Assembly (NCBI GenBank): GCA_951406725.2
Contig: OX597835.1
Location: 26,660,001 to 26,724,000, forward strand
Source: Octopus vulgaris
Taxonomy: Eukaryota
Length of the DNA stretch: 64,000 bases
Direction: 5' to 3'
Shown here: one piece after another, positions 12,900 through 27,870 of the stretch
How positions within the stretch are numbered: position 1 is the stretch's first letter
Layout: every line of letters starts with the position of its first letter
Notes under the pieces: generated by a model
Told to the model about the DNA's origin: nothing
What the model saw: only the letters and a program-made list of their open reading frames with translations
The model's database searches: none
Made by a program: the position numbers and the translations under genes

Positions 12900-13480
12900 A
12901 CTTATATATACAATCTTTCGTTTTTCTTTCTCTTATTCTTTTACCTCCTCTTCTCCCATTATTCTATCCTATTACTCTGTCACTCTCTCTCCCTCTCCCT
13001 CACTTCTCTTCCCACGTGACCTACGGCCATCTTTCTTTCTTTCTCTCCGCTGTAGCCGGAACAAAGAAGACATGTTCTTGTTTATCTCCTGTCCCAAGTT
13101 TGATTTACGCGTTCACCACCACAACCTCATTTAGGCTTAGCAGCCCTTCCTGTTTGTTTTTACTGTCCTGTTTGTGTTAGCTATTTTGACCCTTCGCAAA
13201 ATCCCAAATCTTACTTAATTTGCTTTGCTAGAGCAACTGTTTTATCGAGGGCGTATGTTATTGTTAAATGCTCGAAATACGAGACAAGAAAAACAGCCAA
13301 CAACTGATGAAGGGTCGTTCTTTATGTTGTTTGTTTTGTTTTTTCCATTTGTGTCTTTCGTCGTTCGAAAGAATAGTTCATGTTTCATGTACTCATGCTT
13401 CGTATTTTTTTGTTACACACATTTCATGACATCCTGTGCCCACACATGCTTATATATATACGTATAGATGTAAATATGTA
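12900..13480 (+). mobile_element. ~550-bp interspersed repeat (copies at 20400-21180 + and 32970-33500 -), probably Penelope-derived
   Basis: Shared TTTAGGCTTAGCAGCCCTTCCTGTTTG...GCTCGAAATACG...CAACTGATGAAGGGTCGTTC. Confidence 0.65.
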
Positions 13481-13497
13481 CACACACTATGTATATA

Positions 13498-13576
<79 letters not shown>

Positions 13577-14208
13577 CTATTATATATATATATATATATA
13601 TACATATATTACATACATATATATGTAAATATATGTGTATATATATATATATGTGTGCGTGCGTGTGTGTGTGTGTGAGTGGATTTGGTAGACGGAAACT
13701 GAAAGAAGCCGTCGTATATATATGTATGTGTATATATATATATGTATAATATATATTGCTGGCCCTGTGCCACGATTAAAAAGGAATATTGTTATTGTTG
13801 GTATTCCTGTATAGACCCGATTGGTCCTGATGTAGCCAACCTTCCCTTTCTCCATATTTCTGTGCGTTGTGTATCAAGGACTACAGTAACCAATGTGACC
13901 TTTTTTTTCAAAACAACAAAGCTTGATTTGAGGGATATTTGGCTGGTATTTCTAACAGGACAAACGTCCACCGGCAGGCTCACACGCTGTGTAATATTCT
14001 CAATAAATGCGAAATTCCTTTATATCGTGAGTGAGGGTGGGACAGGGTGGGTGGTCGGAGTATGTATAGGAGTGTGCATGTGTGTATACATACATAAATG
14101 TGTGTAAATGTATACAGATTTGTATTATATACTGAGTGAGAGTGATGTATGCTGATATACATGCACCCGCGCGCGCATACACACACACACACATTTATAT
14201 ATATGTCA

Positions 14209-14365
14209 AGGAGTGGCTGTGTGGTAAGTAGCTTGTTTACTAACCACATGGTTCCGGGTTCAGTCCCACTGCGTGGCATCTTGGGCAAGTGTCTTCTACT
14301 ATGGCCTCGCGCCGACCAAAGCCTTGTGAGTGGATTTGGTAGACGGAAACTGAAAGAAGCCCGTC

Positions 14366-14410
<45 letters not shown>

Positions 14411-14623
14411 TGTGTTTATTTGTCCCCCTATCATTTCTTGACAACCGATGCTGGTGTGTTTATGTCCCCGTTACTTAGTGGTTCGGCAAAAGAGACCGAT
14501 AGGATTAGTACTGAGCTTACAAAAGAATAAGTCCCGGGGTCGAGTTGCTCGATTAAAGGCGGTGCTCCAGCATGGCCGCAGTCAAGTGACTGAAACAAGT
14601 AAAAGAGTAAAAGAATAAAGAGA

Positions 14624-14625
<2 letters not shown>
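14209..14625 (+). mobile_element. SINE family A, near full length
   Basis: tRNA-like head (A box TGGCTGTGTGG, B box GGTTCAGTCC), CORE-like CTTGGGCAAGTG, internal (TA)n, A-rich tail. Confidence 0.9.
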
Positions 14626-14665
<40 letters not shown>

Positions 14666-14853
14666 GTGGGTGTGGGTGTATGTGTGTGTATAAATATATG
14701 TGTGCGAATGGGTGTATGAATTTATCTTAATTGCTGTTTTGCAATTCGTTGGTTTCTTGTTCCACGGATATTATCACTTGATAAATGGTATAATTGTTGA
14801 TGTGGGTGGGAAAGTACATACATATACTGCATTCCTGCTAGGCTGTCTGTCTA

Positions 14854-14927
<74 letters not shown>

Positions 14928-15384
14928 CGTGTGTGTGAGTGAGTTTCTCAATAGGTACGTGCGTTGTTTTTGTACGTAGATGTACGTCTGGAGAACATAG
15001 AGGAAAACTTGGAAATAGGCTTAATGAAAAGATGAAACTGGAACACAGTTGTGTTTTTAGCGCACTACTCATACATACATGCAAACATACATTCATATAT
15101 CAAATACCAATACATGTGTGTGTGTGTGTGTATGTGTCTGTGTGTGTGACTGTGTTGGATGTGTGTGTATATGTGCTTCTGTGAAGTTATATATATAAAA
15201 ATTCAACACATGCCTGAAGGATTTCCCAATACTTTAAGCAGTGCACGTATTTATCAGTTTTGCTGGACAGTGACTTCGAAGGTTCGGCTTACCAGCTGCT
15301 TTCAGATTTTGGTCTTTCTGTCTTTATTTAGTTTTTGGCATACTGTCCTTTTTAGTAGACGGATTCATGTGAATGAGAATTAGG

Positions 15385-16280
<896 letters not shown>

Positions 16281-16778
16281 CTCGTGGACAGAAGAAATGG
16301 TAGTGCAGAAAAGAGGGATTTGAGGAAAGGAGAACTGTATATGCTTGTAGCATGTGGGTTGAGAGAAACTTATGGTGGTGACAGTTATGCTGGTTTGATA
16401 ATGGGATTTTGTTAATGTTTCAGAGTTAATAAGATGTCAAGGTTGAGTAAAAAAAATGTCATATTCAGGTCACAATTTGAGTTGGCTGAAGTTTTAACAG
16501 TTACTTATAAGATTGTTCTTTAACCTGGCATCTTGACACTGTAGCGACCGAGTGTAGGACAATGGTAAGATATTCAATGCTACTCTCGTATTCATATAGG
16601 CAAAGGTGTAGCAGTGTGATTAGGAAGCTCACTTTACAATCACGTGATTTCAACTACAGCCCCACTGCTCGGCGTCTTGGTCAATTTGCTTCGAACTATA
16701 GTTCCGAACCGACCAATAGTTTGTGAGTGGATTTCGTAAACGGAAATCAAGACAGAAACTAAAGGAATTCTCGAACAT

Positions 16779-17019
16779 TGGATGGCTGAGAGCACGACTT
16801 AGAAAATCGGGTAAATGTCCTTATAAGGCAGAAAACAGAGGCCAGTAAGCTTGTACAGAGAATCGACGTCTGTACCTCTAAAATCCCGACGCAATTTGAG
16901 AGGCACAGGGTTCGATTTGAAAGGGACAAGCTGCGAATACCTGTAGAGGCTCGCTGGCCAAGTTTATCCGTTTCATCGGGATACTTACTCGATTTCCGAA
17001 GCTGTCTTCACAGCCATCC
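16779..17019. mobile_element. possible MITE with short TIRs GGATGGCTG / CAGCCATCC
   Basis: 9-bp terminal inverted repeat around unassigned sequence. Confidence 0.3.
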
Positions 17020-17079
17020 TGCGTTCGAGAATTTCTTTATTTTCTGTAGAATACCGATTCACTCAGCGCTTATACGTTT

Positions 17080-17306
17080 ATGTACATACATACATACATA
17101 CATACATACATACATACATACATACATACATACATACATGCATACATGCATACATACATACATGCATACATGCATACATACATACATACATACATACATA
17201 CATACATGCATACATACATACATACATACATACATACATACACGCATACATACATACATACATACATACATACATACATACATACATACATGCATACATG
17301 CATACA

Positions 17307-17340
<34 letters not shown>

Positions 17341-17420
17341 CATACATACATACATACATACATACATGCATTCATGCATACATACATACATACATACATA
17401 CATACATACATACATACATT
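17080..17420. repeat. (TACA)n microsatellite
   Basis: Direct inspection. Confidence 0.95.
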
Positions 17421-17733
17421 AGGCTCAAAAACTGATTCGAAGACTACAGATCCAATCCATCACTGGAACAGCAAAAATCTGTAAAACTTTCTAGGACTTT
17501 AGTATTTAAGTATATATGAGCATGCCTAGACATGCAGCTATATGCATGAGAATACATTCATAAAACAAAACATACAAATCTGCACATACATATATACATA
17601 CATGCATAAAACAAACAAAAATACCCTGTTGTTGATGTTGAAATTCCAATGAAGGTGCCCTGGATCTAGGTTAGAAACCAGCTCTTTTCTCTATTTGCAA
17701 GAAATCTTGAAATAAAATTGAATAATGACACAC

Positions 17734-17774
<41 letters not shown>

Positions 17775-18396
17775 ATATGTGTGTGTGTGTGTCTGTGTAT
17801 GTTAAAGGTGTACGTATATGTGTGTGCTTGGCATGTATGTGTGTGTGTATGTGTGTGTACGCGCGCGTGCGTTCGTGCGCATTCAGATAATTTCTGTGTC
17901 TGTGTTCGGCTTTTCAAAGAATCGACGTAATATTCAAATATACAACCAAATCACGAAAGTAGATTTCCTATTGCTTCCATCGCCAATCAAGAACAAGAAC
18001 GGGGGAAAAAAACAGCACGGAACAGAGGAGGGAGACATTGTTAAGCCGAATGTTAATGATGTGTGTTAGCGCGAGTATTTGTAATTTGGCCCTATCCACT
18101 GCTTTCTCTCTTTTTCTCTCTCTCTCTTTATCTATCTTTCTCTGTCTCTCTCCCTGTCTGTCTCTCTCTCTTCCACTCCAGCTCTCTATCTTCTCTCCTC
18201 TTATCTTTCCCTCTCAGTCTAGTTGTATATGTAGCCTTCTTGATATCACCTACTGGCGGTGTTCAGACCAAAAGACGCGGTCTCCGGCCGATCAAAACAC
18301 CTTCAGGACCTGGTGGATATTATGAGTTGAGGCTCCAAATCGCTTATGTATGTATGTATGTATGTATGTACGTATGTATAGGTGTATGTGTATATA

Positions 18397-18580
18397 GTCG
18401 CCATGATAGATCGGCAGCCACTTCACACATTTTTTCTCTCCTTTTTTTGCGTCCCTTTCTGTAGAAGAACGTAGGCTCGAAACGTAAAAGACTTTTTCTA
18501 TTCCTGAGCGTTATACTAATACATCTGTTTGTTTTGTGCACCACCTGTCTTCGTCTTTTGTTTTTTTCATAAACTCCCCC
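18397..18580 (+). mobile_element. short hammerhead-bearing repeat (family H1) in (TA)n; core variant CTGTAGA at 18455-18490
   Basis: CTTT CTGTAGA A GAAC GTAG GCTC GAAA CG TA AAAG; related copies at 19011, 23625, 27559, 27775, 29912, 55664, 62140. Confidence 0.75.
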
Positions 18581-19010
18581 CCCCCTATATATATATATAT
18601 ATTTATATGTATATATATAAATATATAAGTAATATGTGACAATTATTGGGTAGCCAAGATAAAACTCTGGGGTTCGGATGCCGAGGTGGAAATCCACACC
18701 ACCATCTCTTCAGTTATCCGGCTATCGGAAAAACGCTATGAAAAAAGACCGTTATATATATAATATATATATATATTTAAGTGAAAAAATGTATAGTAAG
18801 TTATTCAAGGGTGCTCTTAAATCTTGCAAATTCGGTGTGTATACCTGGTAGTAATTTGCAAGCACCCCAAAATGCTTGTTACGTTGTAATGCTCGTCGGA
18901 GGACGACTGCCCCCCCTCTCCCGAAAGGGTCGATAAATTAAGTACCAGTTCTGAACTGAGGTCGATCTAATCGACTGTCCCTCTCCCCTAAATACTTTTT
19001 TTCTTCTTAA

Positions 19011-19050
19011 TCCTTTCTGACGAGAAGCGTAGGCTCGAAACGTAAAGGAC
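19011..19050 (+). ncRNA. minimal type I hammerhead ribozyme motif (family H1, canonical core)
   Basis: CCTTT CTGACGA GAAGC GTAG GCTC GAAA CG TA AAGG; ACGT palindromic stem III, GUA triplet. Confidence 0.7.
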
Positions 19051-19618
19051 CTTTCTATTCTTCCCAAGCATTATTTTTTTTTTAATAGTTAATATCAAAA
19101 AATTGTTTGTATTATTGCTGAATAAGTTATCATAGACAGGAAAAGAAAAAAACTAACTAAAAGAAAAAGAGTTCTATATGTTTGATTTGGTGTAAGGGAG
19201 ACAATAATTATTGGAAAAATGCAGACGTACCTTCTTATCTATATTGCTCTATAGACAATTATATATGTTTATCAGTTGATGACGTAAAATCCGTTTTATT
19301 TCGAATTTTCTTACACCTTATTACTCGCATAGTAACTATTCCTAAATTTTATTAGAAACATTCCAATACTGTGACTAACTAATTAATTACAACATAAGAA
19401 CGCTTACATTTGTCTATGGATATTAGACCTTAATATTCACACAATAAATACTTGAATTATTAATTTTATAAACCTGAAATTATTATTGATTACTATTAAA
19501 CATGTTTAATCTAATAATTTCTTAAGGTGAAAGGAATAGGACGTCACAATGTTTTGTGACGTCCTGTGCCCACATATGCATATGTATATACGTATACATG
19601 TAAGTATGTACATATGGT

Positions 19619-19998
19619 GGAGGCGCAATGGCCCAGTGGTTAGAGCAGCGGACTCGCGGTCGTAGGATCACGGTTTCGATTCCCAGACCGGGCGTTGTAG
19701 TGTTTATTGAGCGAAAACGCCTAAAGCTCCGCGAGGCTCCGGCAGGGATGGTGGTGATCCCTGCTGTACTCTTTCACTACAACTTTCTCTCACTCTTACT
19801 TCCTGTTTCTGTTGTACCTGTATTTCAAAGGGCCGGCCTTGTCACTCTCTGTGTCACGCTGAATATCCCCGTGAACTACGTTAAGGGTACACGTGTCTGT
19901 GGAATGCTCAGCCACTTACACGTTAATTTCACGAGCAGGCTGTTCCGTTGATCGGATCAACCGGAACCCTCGTCGTCGTAACCGACGGAGTGCTTCCC
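19619..19998 (+). mobile_element. SINE family B, full length
   Basis: A/B boxes; tail ...GGAACCCTCGTCGTCGTAACCGACGGAGTGC shared with 42747. Confidence 0.9.
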
Positions 19999-20032
19999 TA
20001 ATGTACATATACGTATGTATATACGCATAAGT

Positions 20033-20320
20033 GGAGGCACATGGCCCAGTGGTTAGAGCAGTGGACTCGCGGTCGAGGAATCGCGGGTTCGAATCTCAAA
20101 CCGGGCGATGTGTGTGTTTATGAGCGAAACACCTGAGCTCCGTGCGGCTCCGGCAGAAGGTAATGGCGAAACTTCTGCTGACTCTTTCGCCACAACTTTC
20201 TCTCACTCTTTCCTCCTGCATCTTGCGTCCCGTCCAAGTGGGGAACCTATACGCCAAGGAAACCGGGAAACCGGCCCTTATGAGCCAGGCATGGCTCGAG
20301 AAGGAACAAACAACAACAAA
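20033..20320 (+). mobile_element. SINE family B with alternative tail
   Basis: A/B boxes, distinct 3' region ending GAGAAGGAACAAACAACAAC. Confidence 0.85.
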
Positions 20321-21285
20321 AAAACATATATGCATATATATATATATATATAATTTATATATATATATATATAATTTATATTATTATCTGATTGAACACC
20401 ACGCATCCTTTTCCAAGTAAGTTTTATCTTAATAACTCCGATTCGACTCTATTCTTCCTTTTATACTTTCGTTTTCTCCCTTCCTTTCTCTTATTCTTTT
20501 ACCTCCTCTTCTCACATTATTCTATCCTTCTACTCTTTCGTTTTCTCTCTTCCTTTCTGTTATTCTTTTTGCCTCTCCTTCTCCCTCTTTTTTTCTCTCT
20601 TATCCTGTTTCCACATCTTTTCCTCTTCCCTTTACAGTTCACTGTCTGTCACTCTTTCTCCCTTACTCTTCCTCCTTTGCTCACGTGACCATCGGCCATT
20701 TTTCTTTCTTCTCCCTTGTGTTTCTGTTTTTCTTCCCGTTTCAGCTGGACAGGGAAGACGTATTGTCCTCTGTCTCCTGTCCAGGCTTGTTTCTTCCTGT
20801 TCGCCACAACAACCTCGTTTAGGCTTAGCAGCCCTTCCTGTTTGTTTTCACTGTCCTGTTTTTGCCACCAAAATTAACCCTCCGCAAGCTCGCAAATTTT
20901 ATTTAATTTGCTTTGCGTGAGCAACTGTTTTATCGAAGGCGTATCTTGTCATGAATTGCTCGAAATACGGACTGGATAAACAGCCGACAACTGATGAAGG
21001 GTCGTTCTTCGTGTTGCGCGTCTTGTTTTCCATTTGTTTCTTTCGTTCCTTGCAAAACAACTTCCTTCTTCCATGTCCTCGTACTTCATTTTTTGCTGTT
21101 TATGTTTTGTGACCTCCTGTGCCAACATATGCATATGTATATACGTATAATACATGTATGTACGTATACGTATGTATATAAGCATATATATATATATAAC
21201 AAATTTGAGTTGTGGGGTACCGCACGAGTGGAATTATATACGAAAGAAGGTTTGAAAATGCAATTGCATTTTCAAACCTTCTTTC

Positions 21286-21426
<141 letters not shown>

Positions 21427-21458
21427 TTTATATGTATATGCCCATATATGCACACACA

Positions 21459-21510
<52 letters not shown>

Positions 21511-21579
21511 CATATACACATGTATAGCCTATTATATTAAACATCCTAGTGTTAAATGCCGTTTTCTCTTTCATTGCAG

Positions 21580-21688
21580 GTTGTCCGAAATTCTCGAATC
21601 AAAATCTGCAAATTTATCAATACCTCGCTCGCCTCATCAGAAATCTTCTTTCACCTTTGACTTCCCAGTGGAGACAACCAGCCAGTGA
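21580..21688 (+). CDS. candidate terminal coding exon of the 73-aa protein: (P)LSEILESKSANLSIPRSPHQKSSFTFDFPVETTSQ*
   Basis: Strong polypyrimidine acceptor TTTTCTCTTTCATTGCAG|G; phase-2 frame open to TGA 21686-21688; AATAAA at 21815-21820. Confidence 0.55.
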
Positions 21689-22197
21689 TCGAATCACACC
21701 CGCGTCGCAAACACAGTTTCCTGCCATGGCTGCCACCACCGCCGCTATCGTTGTCAACACCACCACCGCCGCCACCACCAAAGCAAGCAACAACATTGCT
21801 ACTATTATGACTGCAATAAAGAGAATAATCACCACTGCCACCACCACCACCATCACCATCCTCATCATTATCATCATCATCATCGCCAATACCATCATTA
21901 TCGTCAATACCAAAGATGTTAACATGACCACCGTTACGTAATTCCGTAGTTGGGAATTACGTAGCGGTGGTCGCTGCCTGTTCGCCCGCGCGCACTCACG
22001 CTCACACACACGCATACAGAGAGACAAACAGACTGATATATACGCTCACATACGTACATCCATAGGCAGTATGCATTACAAAATTTAGGGGACATGTATA
22101 GCTATTAAATGGTAATATATATAAATATATATCGATAATAATTAATTTTATTTTATCGCATTTTGACTTTGTTTATATATATATATACATATAAAAG

Positions 22198-22666
22198 TAA
22201 ATAAATGGTACAACGAGTTACCGATATTTACTGGAAAATAGCGATCGTAATAAATACGACCCTATGGTATAGCTTCACTGCGTATATACTAGCAAAGACT
22301 TCTAGTTCACTGCGTATATACTAGCAAAGACAGTTCTCGTTCTGTTAACGTTTTGGCGTTCAGACGAGTGTACTGGTGTAGATGTGGCAACATTTGAAAT
22401 TTTGTCTAGGTATATGCAGCTGATGAAGACAAATCAAATCTACGTTGTCAAACGTATTTGAAGAATCTGAAACCGGTCCTGCATTATCCGTTTCTAGGTT
22501 TTTCATTTTTCAGATGTTCTTCCTAGAGGTAAGACAATTTTTTTTCATGTTTGTTGCACACACACGTCTTGCTAGTATATACGCAGTGAAGCTATACAAT
22601 AGCGTCGTATTTATTACGATCGCTATTTTCCAGTAAATATCGGTACCTCGTTGTACCATTTATTTA
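22198..22666. mobile_element. Penelope-like non-autonomous element: ~100-bp inverted arms (22198-22299 / 22566-22666) around a hammerhead
   Basis: Arms are near-perfect reverse complements; flanked by TA-rich sequence. Confidence 0.8.
22414..22484 (+). ncRNA. type I hammerhead ribozyme motif with full consensus core
   Basis: ATGCAG CTGATGA AGA..(TCAAAT.TACGTT/AACGTA.TTTGA)..TCT GAAA CCGG TC^ CTGCAT: stem I 6 bp, palindromic stem III ACCGGT, GUC triplet, predicted cut after 22478. Confidence 0.85.
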
Positions 22667-22848
22667 GTTTTATATGTTTAAATTTTACCCTTACGGGCTA
22701 TCTTTTACTGGAAAGCAATACTTTTGTATTGCATTATTATTTTCATATAAATATGTATGTATATATATATATGTATATATATAAGAAAATAGTAAAGTGT
22801 GAAAAAACGACAGAAGGCTTAAATGTTAAAAAATATATATATTTGTGT

Positions 22849-22899
<51 letters not shown>

Positions 22900-23138
22900 C
22901 ACACACACACATATATATATACATATACACACACATACACACAGACACACATATGAAAACTCCTGCCACATACATATATACATACATACATACATACATA
23001 CATACATACATAGACCTGCTCACAAATACAGGTATTTATACGCACAACACGTGAAATGGCCTACTGAAACAACAGTCACTGTGTACACCTGCGCATGCAT
23101 ATATACGAGTATATATATATATATATGTATGTATATAC

Positions 23139-23214
<76 letters not shown>

Positions 23215-23229
23215 GTATATATATATATG

Positions 23230-23261
<32 letters not shown>

Positions 23262-23723
23262 TGTATGTATGTATGTATGTATGTATGTATGTATGTATGT
23301 ATGTATGTATGTATGTATGTATGTATAGGTATATAAAGGTAGGATCCAAGCATCATGGCGCAGGGAGTAAGTGAGCTTCAAGCAATCCGTAGAAAATATG
23401 GAAAAGAAATTCAAGTGCAATACTGGATTATTAGTGCGGAGTGTTGTGAATTTTTGCCGTATCGAAGTACGATAAGCTGGAAAAAAACTCTGTGTTTGTG
23501 TGTGTGTGTGTGGGGGGGTGTTAAGCGCAAAAATAAGTAAAAACAAAACACGAGGATGAGGTTAAATAAAGACAGAAACAAAGTGTCTTAGGTTTACGCA
23601 CAGGAAAAAATAGAAAGAAGAGTCTTTTACGTTTGAAGCATACTGTCCTCTACAGAAAGAATAGACGAGGAGAGAAAACAAAGGACGTGGAACAAGTATA
23701 GTGTTATTGGACGCTCAGGAATA

Positions 23724-23787
<64 letters not shown>

Positions 23788-23794
23788 TTATATA

Positions 23795-23994
23795 TGTGAC
23801 CGCGTGTGTACCGTTGGCGATTTTTTTTCTTCCGTCTTCACTTCTTTGGATCTTTCCTTTTCCTATGTTTCTGACGAAGAGCTCCGCTCGAAACGTTAAA
23901 CCCTCCTTCTTTCCTGAGCGTCCAATAATACTATATTTGTTCTACGTCCCCGCGTTGTTGTGTTTTCTCTTTGTATTTTCATGTTTGGATTAAC

Positions 23995-23995
<1 letters not shown>
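23795..23995 (+). mobile_element. short hammerhead-bearing repeat (family H2) in (TA)n; second copy at 56776-56962 (-)
   Basis: Near-identical ~200-bp copies; this one is bounded by (TA)n on both sides. Confidence 0.8.
23867..23901 (+). ncRNA. minimal type I hammerhead ribozyme motif
   Basis: GTTT CTGACGA A GAGC TCC GCTC GAAA CG TT^ AAAC. Confidence 0.8.
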
Positions 23996-24033
<38 letters not shown>

Positions 24034-24034
24034 T

Positions 24035-24265
24035 AAATTATATTACAAGAAAAATCAAAAACCACTCACAACGAATATCTCAAGTCATTTAAAATAATTT
24101 AATTAGGGTAAGGTGAATTTGAGGTTTTAGAGCTGTTTCTGTGATAACCCAATAACAGAAACGGCTGTAAAACATCAAATTCATCTCACCCCAATTAGAT
24201 TATTGTAAATGATTTGCGATACAGGTTCTGCCTTGTTGTCTGATTTTTTCCTCTAATATAATATA
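24035..24265. repeat. imperfect inverted repeat/foldback in (TA)n
   Basis: GGGTAAGGTGAATTTGAGGTTTTAGAGCTGTTTCTG / CAGAAACGGCTGTAAAACATCAAATTCATCTCACCC. Confidence 0.65.
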
Positions 24266-24456
24266 TACCTGCTATAAAGAAACCCTAATACGGGTCCATA
24301 GATCCAGTCTAATGGTCGATCAGTTCTAGCACTTACTCAGCGTACCTATTCGTTTAGATCACCAGTGGACTAAACCCCTTATATTCTTGAGTTAGACATG
24401 GCCTGGGCCTCTACTGGCCGAAACCTATCAAAGTTATATATATATATATATGTGTG

Positions 24457-24489
<33 letters not shown>

Positions 24490-24516
24490 ATATATGTATG
24501 TGTATATATATGTATG

Positions 24517-24552
<36 letters not shown>

Positions 24553-24758
24553 TGCATACATACATACATACATACATACATACATACATACATACATACA
24601 TACATACATACACACATATATATGAATATACTTATAGACATAGGCACAGACTTGGCTGTAATAGTGAGAAGCTTCCTTCCCAACTACATAACACCGGGTT
24701 CAATACCACTGCGTGGCACCTTGTATATGTGTGTATATGTAACAATATATATTTGTGG

Positions 24759-24792
<34 letters not shown>

Positions 24793-25295
24793 GTGCGTGT
24801 ATATATATTTATATATATACATGCATACAAACACACACAGTATACATATGTATTTATGTAAGTGGATACGTGTGTAACACTACAACATATTTTCTAGGTC
24901 TTCTGTCTCCCCTTCTCTCCTCCCTTCACTTTCCCTTCTCCTCCACCTCATCCTCCCACCTCTTGTGGCCTCCATTCCTACTTCCGTTCTAAATCGGAGT
25001 TCATCAACATTTGGTTTATCTTCACTGAATTCCCACCACCACCACACACACACACACACACACACACAACTTCCACCACACCCTTACTGCAATCTACACC
25101 CCCCTTTTCCTCCACATCCAATCTTGTCACTGTTTCCTCCTTCCTCGTACCATTACCCATCACCACCACGCCTTTACATTTCCCTGCCAAGCTCTTCTCC
25201 TTTTCACGTCACACAAATATGTAAGGTATTTGTTCTGTGCACGCATGTGTATGTGTGTGTGTGCGTGCGTGCATGTTTTTACATATATATATATG

Positions 25296-25399
<104 letters not shown>

Positions 25400-25400
25400 C

Positions 25401-25753
25401 CTTTTACTCTTTTACTTGTTTCAGTCATTTGACTGCGGCCATGCTGGAGCACCGCCTTTAATCGAGCAAATCGACCCCGGGACTTATTCTTTTGTAAGCC
25501 CAGTACTTATTCTATCGGTCTCTTTTGCCGAACCGCTAAGTAACGGGGACATAAACACACCAGCATCGGTTGTTAAGCAATGCTAGGGGGACAAACACAG
25601 ACACACAAACACACACACGCATATATATATATATATTTCAGTTTCCGTCTACCAAATCCACTCACAAGGCTTTGGTCGGCCCGAGGCTATAGTAGAAGAC
25701 ACTTGCCCAACGTGCCACGCAGTGGGACTGAACCCGGAACCATGTGGTTGGTA
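25401..25753 (-). mobile_element. SINE family A
   Basis: Matches 54765-55187. Confidence 0.85.
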
Positions 25754-26234
25754 GTAATTATATGTGCATGTATGTATTTATGTATATATCGGTGGATGGA
25801 TGTATGCATGCATATAGCAAATAACACCGAAGGCTCAAATTTCAGCTGCTATTAGTTTCATGCCTCTGAAAATATGATGGCCGGACTTAACTCCAGGGTC
25901 ACATGATTCCAAGGAGATATGCGATACGATCTTAGACTTGTCCCACTGTCGTATTTTCAATGGCATGAAACTAATAGTAGCTCAATTTTAAACCCTTTGT
26001 GTATTACATGAAATTATATCTAAATGAACTATGTTTTTGCTGATATAAAAACAAAAACAGACCAATACATTATATATATATAACAAATATAATTAAAAAC
26101 AGAACACAAAGGATATCGCGGTACACGTGTTTCAAGCTTTATAAACAATCTGTTGGTTCATCCAGTATTATGGAGAGGAGGATTCTAGTTCCTTATTGAA
26201 GAGATCTCCTTCCACCTTATGCAGATTTCTTAAC

Positions 26235-27190
26235 TTTTTACGGTAGAGCATTGAAAAGCTGTGGTCCTGGTTCTGAATTTAGATGGAGTGGGTGGTACCT
26301 TAGGTACAAGACAATGGCGGCCAGTTCTGGCATTTGTGTAACACCATGATCACCATGACCGACCAGGCTATCAGATGTTGCTACACATCGCTGGTCACAA
26401 TGCGCTTCGCATTGTTTTAACCTTCAAATGATGCCACCCCGCTGCCTAAGCGAGTAGGCCAACAGAAGAAAGAGTGAGAGAAAGTTGTGGCGAAAGAGTA
26501 CAGCAGGGATCACCACCACCCCCTGCCGGAGCCGTGTGGAACTTAGGTGCCTTCGCTTAATAAATACTCACAACGCTCGGTCTGCGAATCGAAACTGTGA
26601 TCCTACAACCGCGAGTCTGCTGTCCTAACCACTGGGCCATTGCGCCTCCACTTGTATAACACTTAATTCCGAAATTAGACCGTAGCCCTTCTATAGTTTT
26701 CCATACGTAGATTATTACATATCTATCGCGCCTTCGCTGCATGGAGCAAAGTTGCAGTTTTCTCAGCCTCTCCCTATAGCTCATCTGCTGCACTGTTACA
26801 ATCTTTTTAGTGTAGATACGTTGCACTGCTTCAAGCTCCGCTGTTAGTTTGGCACTATGTGGTGACCACAGCTGGGAGCAGTAGTCCAGCTGGTTAAAAC
26901 AAAGGTCCTTCACAAGGTCAACGTAACTTCTTGGTTTCTTTTCTTGAAGGACCTCAATATCCATCCTACCAGTTGTCTGCACTTTGCTGCCATCTTGGTA
27001 ATGTGCATATAAAATGATGCATCATTGTACATACTAATCCCAAGTGTTTCATTGTCTGTGACTCTGGAATTGCAGCAACTTCGGTCCATGTATAGGTAGG
27101 CTGTGGTGCCTTCGTGAGTCGATAGTGCAGTGCTTGAAATTTTCCGGCATTAAACTGCATGTTGTTTAATTCGCCCCACTTGTGTATCGA
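26235..27190 (-). mobile_element. CR1-like LINE ORF2 fragment (post-RT region), frameshifted, interrupted by a SINE
   Basis: [13 protein letters not shown]...LDYCSQLWSPH...LEAVQRIYTKKI...SYRERLRKLQL.SMQRRRDRY...WKTIEGL. Confidence 0.85.
26345..26650 (-). mobile_element. SINE family B inserted in the LINE, with imperfect TSD
   Basis: Matches 838-1139; flanks CATTTGTGTAACAC / CACTTGTATAACAC. Confidence 0.85.
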
Positions 27191-27314
27191 AAACAGGTCC
27201 TGTAGTAAGTATCGAAAACAGGTCCTGCGACGTCATCATGTGCGTATATATGTACCAGTATCAGCATGTGCATCCGATAAACCGTTTCTGTATATAGATA
27301 TATATGTATGTTTA

Positions 27315-27870
<556 letters not shown>

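Noticed and set aside
21549-21941. 130-aa ORF from the track overlapping the candidate terminal exon
   Set aside because: Starts at GTG inside the intron and runs into Thr/Ile repeats; the phase-2 frame fits the strong upstream donor and gives a motif-rich peptide. It would be reachable only via a weaker donor at ~9175 (G|GTGAGG).
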